Assembly: GCA_963718235.1 (NCBI GenBank)
Contig: CAVQYR010000002.1
Coordinates: 128,001-192,000 of the forward strand
Reading direction: 5' to 3'
DNA: 64,000 nt
Source: an uncultured Actinomycetota bacterium
GTDB taxonomy: Bacteria > Actinomycetota > Actinomycetes > JAHEKZ01
Of the stretch, positions 1 to 9,380 are shown piece by piece. Within the stretch, counting starts at the first letter, position 1. Every line of letters begins with the position of its first letter. The translations under genes were made by a program, and so were the position numbers. The notes under the pieces are model-generated. The model was not told the origin of the DNA and did no database searches. It saw only the letters and a list, made by a program, of their open reading frames with translations.

Positions 1-1468
1 CCTCCTCCTGCCGCGATCCGAACGAGCCACTCACCTGGATCGCCACGCTGGCCTCGGGCAGGTCGATCGAGAAGTTGGCCACCTTGCTGACGACCAGGGT
101 CGTGACCTCACCGGCCCGGAACGCCTCGAACAGGCGCTGGCGCTCCTTCACGGTCGTCTCGCCCTTGATCAGCGGCACGTCGAGCCGGGCTGCGAGGTCG
201 TCGAGCTGGTCGATGTACTGCCCGATCACCAGCGTGGGCTCACCGGCGTGCTGCTTCACCAGGCTCTCCACGATCCGGGTCTTGGACGCCGTGCTCGCGC
301 ACAGCCGGTACCGCTCCTCCGGCTCGGCGGTGGCGTAGGCCAGGCGCTCGTGGTCGGGCAGGGTGACCCGCACCTCGACACAGTCGGCCGGGGCGATGTA
401 GCCCTGGGCCTCGATGTCCTTCCACGGGGCGTCGTACCGCTTGGGTCCGATGAGTGAGAAGACGTCGCCCTCGCGGCCGTCCTCTCGCACCAGAGTTGCG
501 GTCAGTCCCAGTCGGCGACGGGCCTGGATGTCGGCGGTGAACCGGAAGATCGGCGCGGGGAGCAGGTGGACCTCGTCGTACAGGATGAGGCCCCAGTCGC
601 GCGCGTCGAACAGCTCGAGGTGCGAGTACACGCCCTTTCGCTTGGTGGTCATCACCTGGTACGTCGCGATCGTGACCGGGCGCACCTCCTTCTTGGCGCC
701 GGAGTACTCGCCGATCTCATCGTCGGTCAGAGTGGTGCGCTTCAGCAGCTCGTCGCGCCACTGCCGGGCGGCGACGGTGTTCGTGACCAGGATCAACGTG
801 GTCGCCTTGGTGGCCGCCATGGCCGCGGCACCCACGATCGTCTTGCCGGCCCCGCAGGGGAGAACCACGACGCCGGACCCACCGTGCAGGAAGTTCTCGG
901 CCGCCTCGTTCTGGTACGGCCGCATCGACCAGCCGTCCTCGACCAGGTCGATCGCGTGCGCCTCGCCGTCGACGTAGCCGGCGAGATCCTCCGCCGGCCA
1001 GCCGAGCTTGAGCAGCACCTGCTTGAGATGACCGCGCTCCGAGGGGTGGACGACGACGGTGTCCTCGCTGATCCGGGCCCCGACCAGAGGCTGGACCTTC
1101 TTGCTGCGCAGCACCTCCTCCAGGACGGGACGGTCGAACGCGTGCAGGACCAGACCGTGGGCCGGGTGCTGCTGCAGCTGGAGCCGTCCGTACCGGTCCA
1201 TGGTGTCGGCGACGTCGACGAGCAGCGCATGGGGCACGGCGTACCGGCTGTACCGCAGCAGGACGTCGACGACCTGCTCGGCGTCGTGCCCGGCCGCGCG
1301 GGCGTTCCACAGGCCGAGCGGGGTGAGCCGGTAGGTGTGCACGTGCTCGGGGGCCCGCTCCAGCTCGGCGAACGGAGCGATGGCATGGCGGCAGTCCGCC
1401 GCGAGGGGATGGTCGACCTCGAGCAGCAGGGTCTTGTCGCTCTGCACGATCAGGGGACCGTCGGTCAC
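1..1468 (-). CDS. ercc3: DNA repair helicase XPB (Rad25/ERCC3 family), 3' end runs off the window
   Basis: Manual minus-strand translation from GTG at 1468: MTDGPLIVQSDKTLLLE..., Walker A LPCGAGKT, motif II ILDEVHLLPA, motif III LGLTATLVREDG. Not in the ORF track because it is open at the window edge. Confidence 0.93.
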   Translation of the reverse strand, partial: MTDGPLIVQSDKTLLLEVDHPLAADCRHAIAPFAELERAPEHVHTYRLTPLGLWNARAAGHDAEQVVDVLLRYSRYAVPHALLVDVADTMDRYGRLQLQQHPAHGLVLHAFDRPVLEEVLRSKKVQPLVGARISEDTVVVHPSERGHLKQVLLKLGWPAEDLAGYVDGEAHAIDLVEDGWSMRPYQNEAAENFLHGGSGVVVLPCGAGKTIVGAAAMAATKATTLILVTNTVAARQWRDELLKRTTLTDDEIGEYSGAKKEVRPVTIATYQVMTTKRKGVYSHLELFDARDWGLILYDEVHLLPAPIFRFTADIQARRRLGLTATLVREDGREGDVFSLIGPKRYDAPWKDIEAQGYIAPADCVEVRVTLPDHERLAYATAEPEERYRLCASTASKTRIVESLVKQHAGEPTLVIGQYIDQLDDLAARLDVPLIKGETTVKERQRLFEAFRAGEVTTLVVSKVANFSIDLPEASVAIQVSGSFGSRQEE

Positions 1469-1578
1469 GAAGCCTTCTTCCAGCGCGGTTCGGCGGCGCC
1501 AATGCTGGCGCGACCCTCCAGTGTCCAACACCGCCGACGTCAGCGCCCTTCCCGGTGGCCACCGACTAGCCTCGCCTC

Positions 1579-2031
1579 GTGCATGCCGGTGACCTGGTCC
1601 AGCCCGTCGGGGAGGTGACGCCCGACACGTCGCTGCTCGACGCAGCGACGATGTTCGCCGGATCGGGCCTCCCGGGGATCGTCGTGGTCGACGAACAGCG
1701 GCACCCCGTCGCCGTGCTGCCGGGGTCGGCCCTCGTCCGGCTCGGGGTGCCGCAGTACGTCCTGGACGACCCGGCCCTTGCCGGCGTACTGGACGAGTCG
1801 TCGAGTGAGCTGCTGCGGGCCCGGATGGCTCGGCTCACCGTCGCCGACGCTCTGGCCGACGAGGAGCCGGACCCGCATCCCCAGGTCGCCGCCACGTCTT
1901 CCCTGGTCGAGGTGGCGTCCACCATGGCCAACGAGCGGGTCGGGCTCGTCGTCGTCACCGATGACCGAAACCACGTCCTCGGGGTGGTCACCGCCGCTGC
2001 GCTCCTGGCTGCCGTCCTGCCCGACGCATGA
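1579..2031 (+). CDS. CBS-domain pair protein
   Basis: Two CBS repeats (VTPDTSLLDAA...IVVVDE; SLVEVASTM...VVTDD..VLGVVT); stop overlaps the start of the next gene (ATGA). Confidence 0.85.
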   Translation: MHAGDLVQPVGEVTPDTSLLDAATMFAGSGLPGIVVVDEQRHPVAVLPGSALVRLGVPQYVLDDPALAGVLDESSSELLRARMARLTVADALADEEPDPHPQVAATSSLVEVASTMANERVGLVVVTDDRNHVLGVVTAAALLAAVLPDA

Positions 2032-3314
2032 GCGCGGCCGTCGCCGTCGTGGCGTTCCTCGTCGTCTACGTGCTGCTGATCAGCGAGCGGGTGGAGCGGG
2101 TGGTGGCCGCCGCCGTCGGAGCGGCGATCGTGGTCGGGCTCGGGGTGGTGACCACCCAGGACGCGTTCTTCTCCGAGGAGACCGGGATCGACTGGAACGT
2201 CATCGTCCTGCTGTTCGCGATGATGGTGATCGTCGGTGGGCTCCGACGGACCGGGGTGTTCGACTACGTCGCGATCACGCTGGCCAAGCGGGCCAAGGGC
2301 AGGCCGTACCGCCTGCTCGTGCTGATGACGTCGATGACCGCGCTCTCGGCCGTGTTCCTGTCCGACGTCGCGGTCGTCGTCCTGCTCGCACCGGTGACGC
2401 TTCTGGTCGCGGAAAGGCTGCTTCTGCCGGCGGTCCCACTGCTGATCGCGGAGGTGATGGCGGCCAACATCGGCGGCTCGGCCAGCCTGATCGGAGACCC
2501 AGCCGACATCATCGTCGGCACGCGGGCCGGACTGTCGTTCGGTGAGTTCCTGGTCCACCAGCTGCCGATGTCGATGGTCGCGTTCGCGGTCTTCCTGCTC
2601 GTCGCGCGATGGTTGTTTCGGCGCGACCTGGTGGCGGTGCCCGGTGCCGCCGAGGCCGTCGAGCGACTCGACGGGCGTGAGGCGATCCGTGACCCGGCCA
2701 TGCTGCGACGTGGCCTCGCCGTGCTCGTCGTGGTCGTGGTCGGCTTCCTCCTGCAGCCGGTGACCGGGATCGAGCCGGCGGCGGTGGCACTGCTGGGTGC
2801 GGGCCTGATGTGGCTCGTCACCCGTGAGGACCGGCGAGCACTGCTCGACCATGTCGAGTGGGAGACGCTGGCGTTCCTGATGGGGCTGTTCGTCGTCGTC
2901 GGTGCGCTCGTGAAGGTGGGGGCGATCGACCGGCTGACCGAGCTGGTCAGCAGCGCCATCGGCGCGAGCCCGACGACGGCGGTGCTCGGCATGCTGCTGG
3001 GGTCGGCCGGGGTCTCTGCGCTGGTCGACAACATCCCGTACGTGGCGACCATGTCACCGGTCGTCGCCGACCTGTCGACGGCGAATCCGGCGCTGAACCC
3101 GGACAACGCCCTGTGGTACGCGCTGGCCTTCGGCGCGGTCCTGGGTGGCAACGCCACGGCGATCGGCGCGAGCGCCAACGTCGTGGTGATCGGGATCGCC
3201 CGGCGCAACGGGTACCCGATCTCGTTCTGGACCTTCACCCGCTACGGAGTCGTGGTGGCCGCCGCGACCCTGGCCGCAGCGGTCCCCCTCTTCTGGCTGC
3301 GGTACCTCGCCTGA
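2028..3314 (+). CDS. ArsB/NhaD (ion transporter superfamily) permease
   Basis: About 11-12 TM segments; motifs ANIGGSASLIGDP, SALVDNIPYV, LGGNATAIGASANVV. Confidence 0.88.
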   Translation: MSAAVAVVAFLVVYVLLISERVERVVAAAVGAAIVVGLGVVTTQDAFFSEETGIDWNVIVLLFAMMVIVGGLRRTGVFDYVAITLAKRAKGRPYRLLVLMTSMTALSAVFLSDVAVVVLLAPVTLLVAERLLLPAVPLLIAEVMAANIGGSASLIGDPADIIVGTRAGLSFGEFLVHQLPMSMVAFAVFLLVARWLFRRDLVAVPGAAEAVERLDGREAIRDPAMLRRGLAVLVVVVVGFLLQPVTGIEPAAVALLGAGLMWLVTREDRRALLDHVEWETLAFLMGLFVVVGALVKVGAIDRLTELVSSAIGASPTTAVLGMLLGSAGVSALVDNIPYVATMSPVVADLSTANPALNPDNALWYALAFGAVLGGNATAIGASANVVVIGIARRNGYPISFWTFTRYGVVVAAATLAAAVPLFWLRYLA

Positions 3315-3397
3315 CCGCCGGTTGGTGCGGCACGTGACGGACGCCTCACTCGAACGGGTTACCGGCGAGTAGATCTCGGTCGGCCCGATGGTTTACC

Positions 3398-3487
3398 GTG
3401 GAGCAACCCGGCAGGTTCTCCCCCGTGCCTGCCGGGCTCACACTCGCAGATCACCGACCCCGCCGCGGTTGCGCGGCGGGGTCGGTG
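3398..3487 (+). ncRNA. Candidate two-hairpin structured RNA (6C-like) or 5' leader
   Basis: Hairpin 1 CCCGGCAGG-[TTCTCCCCCGTG]-CCTGCCGGG; hairpin 2 is a perfect 16-bp stem, 3452-3467/3472-3487. Confidence 0.4.
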
Positions 3488-3528
3488 CTGTGTCCCGACC
3501 GGTGACCCCCCCACGCAAGGAGCTCTTC

Positions 3529-4176
3529 GTGCTGCCCGCCCTCGACTGGGTCGACGCCCTCGGCGCGACCACGGTCGCCTTGGCCCTGATGTTCTCGATG
3601 CCCCAGCTGCTGCGACTGGTCCGGACGGGCAACGCCGCTGGCCTGAGCCTCACCGCCCTGGGCAACTCGGGGGTGAGCACGGTCGCGTGGTTCGGCTACG
3701 GGCTGCACCTGGGTGACCCGTGGGTGGTGACGTCGACCGCTGTCTACGCGCCCACGCTCGTGGTGACCGCGTGGTACGCGTGGCGGGCGGGCGCCGACCG
3801 CTCGACTCCCTGGCTGCCGCTGGCCTGGACCGCGCTGCTCCTGGCCGGCCTCGCCATCGAGGCGTCCACGCTGGTCCCGGCGTTCGCGCTCGTGCTCGGT
3901 GGGTCGACACTGTGGCTCGTCGGTCCCGCCGTGCTGACCGCGTGGACCTCCGAGGACATCTCGGGGATCGCGCCGGGAACGTGGTGGGTCCTGCTCGGAG
4001 AGGGCGTCATCTTCTTGGCCTACGGGCTGATGGCCGGGGTCTTCGCCACCGTGGTCTACGCGGTCGTGTGCTTTCTCGGCGCCACTGGCGTGCTCTCCAG
4101 GCTGGCCGTCGACCACTACGACCTCGACGTCAACCTTCCGGTTCGGGACGCCGACGCCCTCGATCTCGCGGCCTGA
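3529..4176 (+). CDS. PQ-loop repeat (SWEET/SemiSWEET-like) membrane transporter
   Basis: AAGGAG RBS then GTG at 3529; PQ motif FSMPQLLRLVRTGNAAGLS and a second repeat GPAVLTAWTSEDISGIA; about 7 TM segments. Confidence 0.7.
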   Translation: MLPALDWVDALGATTVALALMFSMPQLLRLVRTGNAAGLSLTALGNSGVSTVAWFGYGLHLGDPWVVTSTAVYAPTLVVTAWYAWRAGADRSTPWLPLAWTALLLAGLAIEASTLVPAFALVLGGSTLWLVGPAVLTAWTSEDISGIAPGTWWVLLGEGVIFLAYGLMAGVFATVVYAVVCFLGATGVLSRLAVDHYDLDVNLPVRDADALDLAA

Positions 4177-4200
4177 CCGGCCGCGAGACCGGGCTACGGA

Positions 4201-4617
4201 TCAGCCGGCGACGATCTTGGCCTTCATCGACGCGAACTCGGCGTCGTCGATCAGCCCCTGGGCCTTCATGTCCGCCAGCTTCTGCAGCTGAGCGACCGGG
4301 TCGCTCCCGCTGGCGGCGGGAGCCGGAGCGGGAGCTGCCGCCTGGGCGGCCTGCGCGGACTGGGCGGCTACCGCACGAGCCGCGGCATCGTCGATTGCCG
4401 CCTGCTGCTGGATGTCGTCGTAGGCAGCTGCCTTCTGCGCCATCTCGGCCTGTTCCGCGGTCGGCTGCGCAGGTGCTGCCGGCGCCTGTCCCTGGCTGCT
4501 GCCCTTGTTCATGGCCCCGGAGACGCCCTTCACCGCGACGGTCGCCGTACCGGCGACCACGGCGGTCCTCGCCATGGTTCCGACGAGCCCTGGTCCCCTA
4601 CGTCCGCCTCTTCTCAT
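4201..4617 (-). CDS. SHOCT-domain protein
   Basis: N-terminal GPGLVGTMARTAVVAGTATAV, Ala/Gln linker, C-terminal QLQKLADMKAQGLIDDAEFASMKAKI (SHOCT). Confidence 0.85.
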   Translation of the reverse strand: MRRGGRRGPGLVGTMARTAVVAGTATVAVKGVSGAMNKGSSQGQAPAAPAQPTAEQAEMAQKAAAYDDIQQQAAIDDAAARAVAAQSAQAAQAAAPAPAPAASGSDPVAQLQKLADMKAQGLIDDAEFASMKAKIVAG

Positions 4618-4623
4618 CGTGAC

Positions 4624-5058
4624 TCACTCCTCATTGGATGCTGCCCAGTCAAGGGCAGCCTCGACCACGTCGTGCGGGATTCGCGCGTTCTCGAGCACGA
4701 CCCCGTCGGCGTTGCGGACGGACTGGGCGAACCGCGCCGCCCAGGTGTTCTCCCAGACCAGGACGGCGGCGGAGCTGTTCGGCTCGAGCGCCTCGGCGGT
4801 GAGCATGAGGTCCTCGTTGTTGAGGAGGTCACCGACATCGTCGAAGTCGCCGAAGGCGGCGGCCTCGTCGTCGCTCATGTCCTCCAGCTCGATCGCGGTG
4901 ACCGAGCCGTCGGCGTCCTTCTTGATGAAGGCGAGGTCGATGATCCGGATCGTCTCGTTGTCGACGAGCTCGGTCAGCGCCGGCACGATCTCGCCCTTGA
5001 ACTTGTTACCAGGAAACGCCAGCACGAGGTACTCGACTGGTCCGATCTCGTAGTCCAC
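4624..5058 (-). CDS. DUF6325/DUF1269-like protein (usual partner of SHOCT proteins)
   Basis: GPVEYLVLAFPG...IRIIDLAFIKKDADGSV...AAVLVWENTWA pattern; GGAGGA RBS upstream. Confidence 0.75.
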   Translation of the reverse strand: MDYEIGPVEYLVLAFPGNKFKGEIVPALTELVDNETIRIIDLAFIKKDADGSVTAIELEDMSDDEAAAFGDFDDVGDLLNNEDLMLTAEALEPNSSAAVLVWENTWAARFAQSVRNADGVVLENARIPHDVVEAALDWAASNEE

Positions 5059-5162
5059 GTTGTTCCTCCTCGCCGAATGCCCGTGACCCTAGCGCAGCGG
5101 TCAGGGCGAGCGGCAGGGCCGCTTGGCCGGCTGCGGAGGTCGAGCGCGAGAGCCCGTGGCAC

Positions 5163-7544
5163 TCAGTCAGGTCCGTCCGTCGTCCGTGGATCCAGCGGAG
5201 CGACCCCGGTGATCCGGTGGATGGCGAAGGTCCTGACCTCTTCGTAGCGGTGGTCGAAGGCGGTCAGCCAACCCCCGCGCACCTCGACCGGGTCGATGAC
5301 TCGCTCGACCACGGTTCCGTCGTCGCCGACATAGCCGATCCACACCGAGCCGTGGGCCTCGGCGGCCGTGCGCAACGCGGTGATCGTGTCGTCAACAGCA
5401 GTACGCGGCAGGTCGCGCGTGCCGGCCGGCCCCACGACCCGGCCGCGAGCGCTGGTTCCGCGCTCGCCCGATCGCAGCGCCTTCACCGCGGCTCCCAGCA
5501 CGGCGTCGTTGGCCACCGGCGGGTCGGACACCAGTCGCGGGGGGCGTTGTCGCGGGGGCGTGCGTCGGGAGTCCCGCCGGCGGACGAGCACGTCACCCTC
5601 AGCACTCTCGGCCACTGGCGCGAGGTTCATCGAACGCAGCCGGTCGAGCACGATGTCGACCGACGCCTGGGCGGCAACCACCGTGGGGGCGAGACGTCGC
5701 AGCCGAAGGGCGGCCGTCCGACGGTCCGCCACGACCTCGTCGAGGACGGCTGGGTCGTCGCTGCGCACGTAGGCCGACGCGGCACCGATCCGAACCCGGC
5801 CGTGGCGCCGAGCCATGTCGTCGATGAGATAGGTCAGTGGTTGGGGGACCGGCGTGCGGCTGTGCCTCGCGACGAACGCGTGGATGTCGGCAGCGCCGCG
5901 ACCGGCGTCGAGCGCCCGTCGCACCGACGCCTGCGTGAAGCGGAAGACCGTGGCCCCCCCGGTCGACTCGACGTCGGCCATCAGGCCCAGCTCCCTGGCC
6001 ACCTCGCCGTCGAGCGGCCCCGGAGCGACCGCGGTCAGGTCGGCCTGCAACAGCACGTGGTCGACCGCGGCCGGGAGCAGAGGCTCGATCGTGTCCGCCG
6101 CCTTGCCGTCGTCGCCGTCGAGCACGGCGCGAGCGGGTGTGGCCAACGCCCCTCGAGCGGTCACCCCGAGGGTCGAGGCCTCCTGAAGCACCCAGTGCAC
6201 GAGGTCGTCACGCAACCGACCACCCCGACGCGGTGCTCGCCACTGCTGGCGCGCCAGCAGGGACTCGGGACTCGCAGCACCCCCCGGCGGGAGCGAGGCG
6301 AGGTCGTCCAGAACGGACCGCCTGATGTCGACCGACGCCACCTTGTCGAGGTCTGGCCCCAAAGCGTTGCGCCGGTTGTCGCGGTCGTCTCGGCTACCGA
6401 CCAGCCCGACCACACGGGTGGTCTGCAGCCAGCCGGCCACCAGCTCGGTCCATCGCTCACCAACCGGGTGGGTGCGCCACACGTCGTAGGCGGGCGTGGG
6501 GAGCCAGGTCTCGTCAGCCTCGCCGTCGCCGGCCAGCAGGCCGATGGTGTGAGCCACCTCGATCAGCAGCGCGGCCGTCGGCTCGTCGACGTCGAGCCGC
6601 AACGATGCTGTCCTCAGCTCTCGGACCCCGAGTCCGCCGCTCCGCAGGACCGACGGGGAGTCGACCGCCCACGCCTCGAGGAGGTCCTCCAGGCGCCGGA
6701 CGGCGTCGAACGCCGCTCCGGCGGCCGCGCGGTCGACCTGACGCTGCTGGTGCTCGGTGGTGACCAGCTCCGGTTGGTGCGACTCGTCCTGCGCGTGGAG
6801 CCGTCCGCCACGCAGGTGGAGGGCGACTTCGCGCGGGAGGACGACGGTCCGGTCGTCGGTGGCGACCAGCAGACCGTGGGCGAGCAGCCACTCCACAGGG
6901 GTCGCTGCCGTCGTCGGGTCCACCGCGCGGGTCGCGCGGTCGATGGTCCCGGTCGCCGGCCCCCAGGTCAGCCGTTGCAGCAGTGCGAGCGCCTGGTCGG
7001 GCGCTTCGGCGAGCGCGTGGTCGAGCCGCTGGGGGTCGGTCAGCGCCGACAGCGTGCCCGGAGTGAGCGTCGGCTCGAGCCCGAGACCGTCCATCAGGGC
7101 GGCCAGTCGCGACGGGGGGAGGGCCGCGAGCAGGGCACTCAGCGGGGGCCCGAGCCCGGCGGGCGCCGGACCGATCGTGTCCCGGACAGCCGACGTCGGG
7201 CGCCAGGCATCCGCACTGCCCCACACGAGGGCGTAGTCGGAGAGCCGCTCCAGGCGCGCTCGCACCCGCTCGGGTGCCACACCCGGGAGCAGGGCCGCCA
7301 CGGCCTCGGTCGACACCGGCTCGGGGGCGACCAGGGCTGCCTCGAGCACCTGCCAGGTGAAGGCGTCCAGACGCTCCAGGGCACGGGCCGTCGAGCCCTG
7401 GGTGAGCGACCGCGCGGCGACCTGCCCCAGGTCCGCAGGCAGTGGCGCAGCGAGATCAGGGCGCAGGTGGAACAAGGCGATCAACGCTGCGTCGCTACGG
7501 CCGCGCACGTCATCGGCGAGGCTACGGGGAGCGGACGCGGTCAT
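5163..7544 (-). CDS. Helicase-associated protein (XPB helicase_C_3 domain + C-terminal WYL), Rv0862c-like
   Basis: LLQADLTAVAPGPL, ADVESTGGATVFRFT, PVPQPLTYLIDD; C-terminal IGYV...RVIDP...RTFAIHRI. Start at ATG 7544 follows a TAGCGT -10 element. Confidence 0.88.
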   Translation of the reverse strand: MTASAPRSLADDVRGRSDAALIALFHLRPDLAAPLPADLGQVAARSLTQGSTARALERLDAFTWQVLEAALVAPEPVSTEAVAALLPGVAPERVRARLERLSDYALVWGSADAWRPTSAVRDTIGPAPAGLGPPLSALLAALPPSRLAALMDGLGLEPTLTPGTLSALTDPQRLDHALAEAPDQALALLQRLTWGPATGTIDRATRAVDPTTAATPVEWLLAHGLLVATDDRTVVLPREVALHLRGGRLHAQDESHQPELVTTEHQQRQVDRAAAGAAFDAVRRLEDLLEAWAVDSPSVLRSGGLGVRELRTASLRLDVDEPTAALLIEVAHTIGLLAGDGEADETWLPTPAYDVWRTHPVGERWTELVAGWLQTTRVVGLVGSRDDRDNRRNALGPDLDKVASVDIRRSVLDDLASLPPGGAASPESLLARQQWRAPRRGGRLRDDLVHWVLQEASTLGVTARGALATPARAVLDGDDGKAADTIEPLLPAAVDHVLLQADLTAVAPGPLDGEVARELGLMADVESTGGATVFRFTQASVRRALDAGRGAADIHAFVARHSRTPVPQPLTYLIDDMARRHGRVRIGAASAYVRSDDPAVLDEVVADRRTAALRLRRLAPTVVAAQASVDIVLDRLRSMNLAPVAESAEGDVLVRRRDSRRTPPRQRPPRLVSDPPVANDAVLGAAVKALRSGERGTSARGRVVGPAGTRDLPRTAVDDTITALRTAAEAHGSVWIGYVGDDGTVVERVIDPVEVRGGWLTAFDHRYEEVRTFAIHRITGVAPLDPRTTDGPD

Positions 7545-7642
7545 CCGCACCACGCTAGGGCACGAGCGGAAGCCATGCTCGGGGTGAGGCGGTGTCGGAT
7601 CCGGCCATGGTGCGGCATCATGCGCCTCGAGGTGATGTCCCG

Positions 7643-8030
7643 ATGACCGATCTCGGTTCGCGGTACGTGGCGGCGCTGGCCGCCAAGGACACCGACGCAC
7701 TCGTGGCGCTCTTCGCCCCCCAGGTGTACTTCCGTGGCCTTGACCCCCAGGCGCTCGTGGGAGGCGGACTCGCCGGACGGAGGTCGTGCACGAGGTCCTG
7801 TACACGTGGTTCGCCGCGCGACGAGGTGATCGAGTCGGTCGACCAGCTCGAGCGCGGTCGGGTCGTCGACCGCGAGCGGGTCGACTACCGCTTCGTCGTC
7901 CGCTCCCCCGAAGGGCGGTTCGTGGTGGAGCAGCGCGCGTACTTCGACGTCGACGACGCCGACCGGATCTCCCGGATGCACGTCATGTGCTCCGGGTTCC
8001 AGAGTCTCGACCCTGGCGGTCGAGGCCTGA
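7643..8030 (+). CDS. SnoaL/NTF2-like protein, apparently frameshifted
   Basis: MTDLGSRYVAALAAKDTDALVALFAPQVYFRGL...VHEVLYTWF...RFVVEQRAYFDV..RISRMHVMCSGF, spread over more than one frame; end approximate. Confidence 0.55.
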
Positions 8031-8036
8031 TCGTCC

Positions 8037-8276
8037 TCAGCGGCGGTTCGTGCGGACCTGCCGGCCGTGGCGGCGCGCGGTGCGCCACAGCCCCACCAAG
8101 ATCAGCGCCAGGCCGAGGGGGGCGAGTACGCTGCCCAGGTAGACCCAGGTGGGCAGGGGGTCCGCGCCCACCAGCAAAGGCACAAGGGCGGCGACGGCGG
8201 CCAGGGCGCCCACCGCGAACACGACGACCCCGACCAGCATCAGCCGGTCGGCTGCCCGGGCGGGTGGCGACGTCAC
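8037..8276 (-). CDS. Small two-TM membrane protein
   Basis: TAGGCT + 7 nt + GTG; two hydrophobic helices and a basic tail. Confidence 0.65.
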   Translation of the reverse strand: MTSPPARAADRLMLVGVVVFAVGALAAVAALVPLLVGADPLPTWVYLGSVLAPLGLALILVGLWRTARRHGRQVRTNRR

Positions 8277-8375
8277 GTCGCAGAGCCTAGGGGCGCGGGT
8301 CGGGAAACCCACTGGGGTGAGCGACGGGTGGCTGGCTAGGCTGGACCGCAACAGACACCGACGAAGGAGCGCGCC

Positions 8376-8759
8376 GTGCCCACCGGCAAGGTGAAGTGGT
8401 TCGACACGGAGAAGGGCTTCGGCTTCCTCAGCCGCGACGACGGCGGCGACGTGTTCGTGCACACCTCCGCCCTGCCGGCCGGGATGACCGAGCTCAAGCC
8501 CGGGTCCCGGGTGGAGTTCGGGATCGCGGAGGGTCGGCGGGGTGAGCAGGCGCTGTCCGTCCGGGTGCTCGACGCCCCCGCCTCGGTCGTGGCCGCCGCG
8601 CGCAAACCGGCCGAGGACATGGCCGTCATTGTCGAGGACCTGATCAAGCTGCTGGACGGGCTGGGCAACCAGATGCGGCGCGGTCGTCAGCCTGCCCCCG
8701 CGGAGTCGCGCAAGATCGCGGCTCTGCTGCGGGCGGTTGCCGACGACCTCGACGTCTAG
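8376..8759 (+). CDS. cspB: Cold-shock domain protein (actinobacterial CspB type)
   Basis: MPTGKVKWFDTEKGFGFL..DVFVH plus the actinobacterial C-terminal extension; AAGGAG RBS. Confidence 0.93.
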   Translation: MPTGKVKWFDTEKGFGFLSRDDGGDVFVHTSALPAGMTELKPGSRVEFGIAEGRRGEQALSVRVLDAPASVVAAARKPAEDMAVIVEDLIKLLDGLGNQMRRGRQPAPAESRKIAALLRAVADDLDV

Positions 8760-9298
8760 GACGTCGACTTCGACGGCTTGGGAGACGGGACCGGCGTCGT
8801 GCTGGTGCCGTCGTCGTCTGCCGGCTGCAGCTTGAAGGTCCACAGGCCCCTGATCTGGTCAGGTGTCTCGCCGAGCGCCAGCACCCGCAGCTCGATCGGT
8901 CCGCTGCGCAGCTCTGCTGCCGCCAGCTGGAACCGGAAGTACGTCGAGGTGACGGGCTCCGCGGTCAGCCGGCTGTCGCCGATGATCGGGAACCAGCCGC
9001 CCTCCTGGAGGTCAGGGTCGACGCTGATCCCGATCGTCTGGTCCGCCGCGACCGGGATTACCCCGATCTTGGACTGCAGCTCGTCGGCCAGCTCGCTCAC
9101 CGACTGGCCCTCCTGCTGGGCCAGGCACGACTTGGCGTCGACCGGTGCCGACGCGTCGAACGACCAGCAGATCGCCTCGACCGTGGCCGACGTCGAGCCC
9201 GAGAAAGCGGTCACCGCCGGGGCCGGCTTCTCGCATCCGGTGAGGAGCAAGGTGCTGAGGGGGAGTGCGGCGAGAGCGGCGGCGTGACGCAGACGCAT
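8756..9298 (-). CDS. DUF2771-like lipoprotein
   Basis: Lipobox LLTGC; position between cspB and DUF3027. Confidence 0.6.
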   Translation of the reverse strand: MRLRHAAALAALPLSTLLLTGCEKPAPAVTAFSGSTSATVEAICWSFDASAPVDAKSCLAQQEGQSVSELADELQSKIGVIPVAADQTIGISVDPDLQEGGWFPIIGDSRLTAEPVTSTYFRFQLAAAELRSGPIELRVLALGETPDQIRGLWTFKLQPADDDGTSTTPVPSPKPSKSTS

Positions 9299-9380
9299 GG
9301 ACTCTCCAGGGACGGCGCCAAGGCGTCACGAGACGCACCGGCGAGGGTCGGGCAACGAGTCGAGGCTACCCTTGGCGGTT

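Noticed and set aside
8290-8345. ZMP/ZTP riboswitch-like string GGGAAACCCACTGGGGTGAGCGAC upstream of cspB
   Set aside because: Lacks the GUGACUGG 5' core and the 3' GCCUGGGC hairpin; the downstream gene is unrelated, and the region is better explained as divergent promoters.
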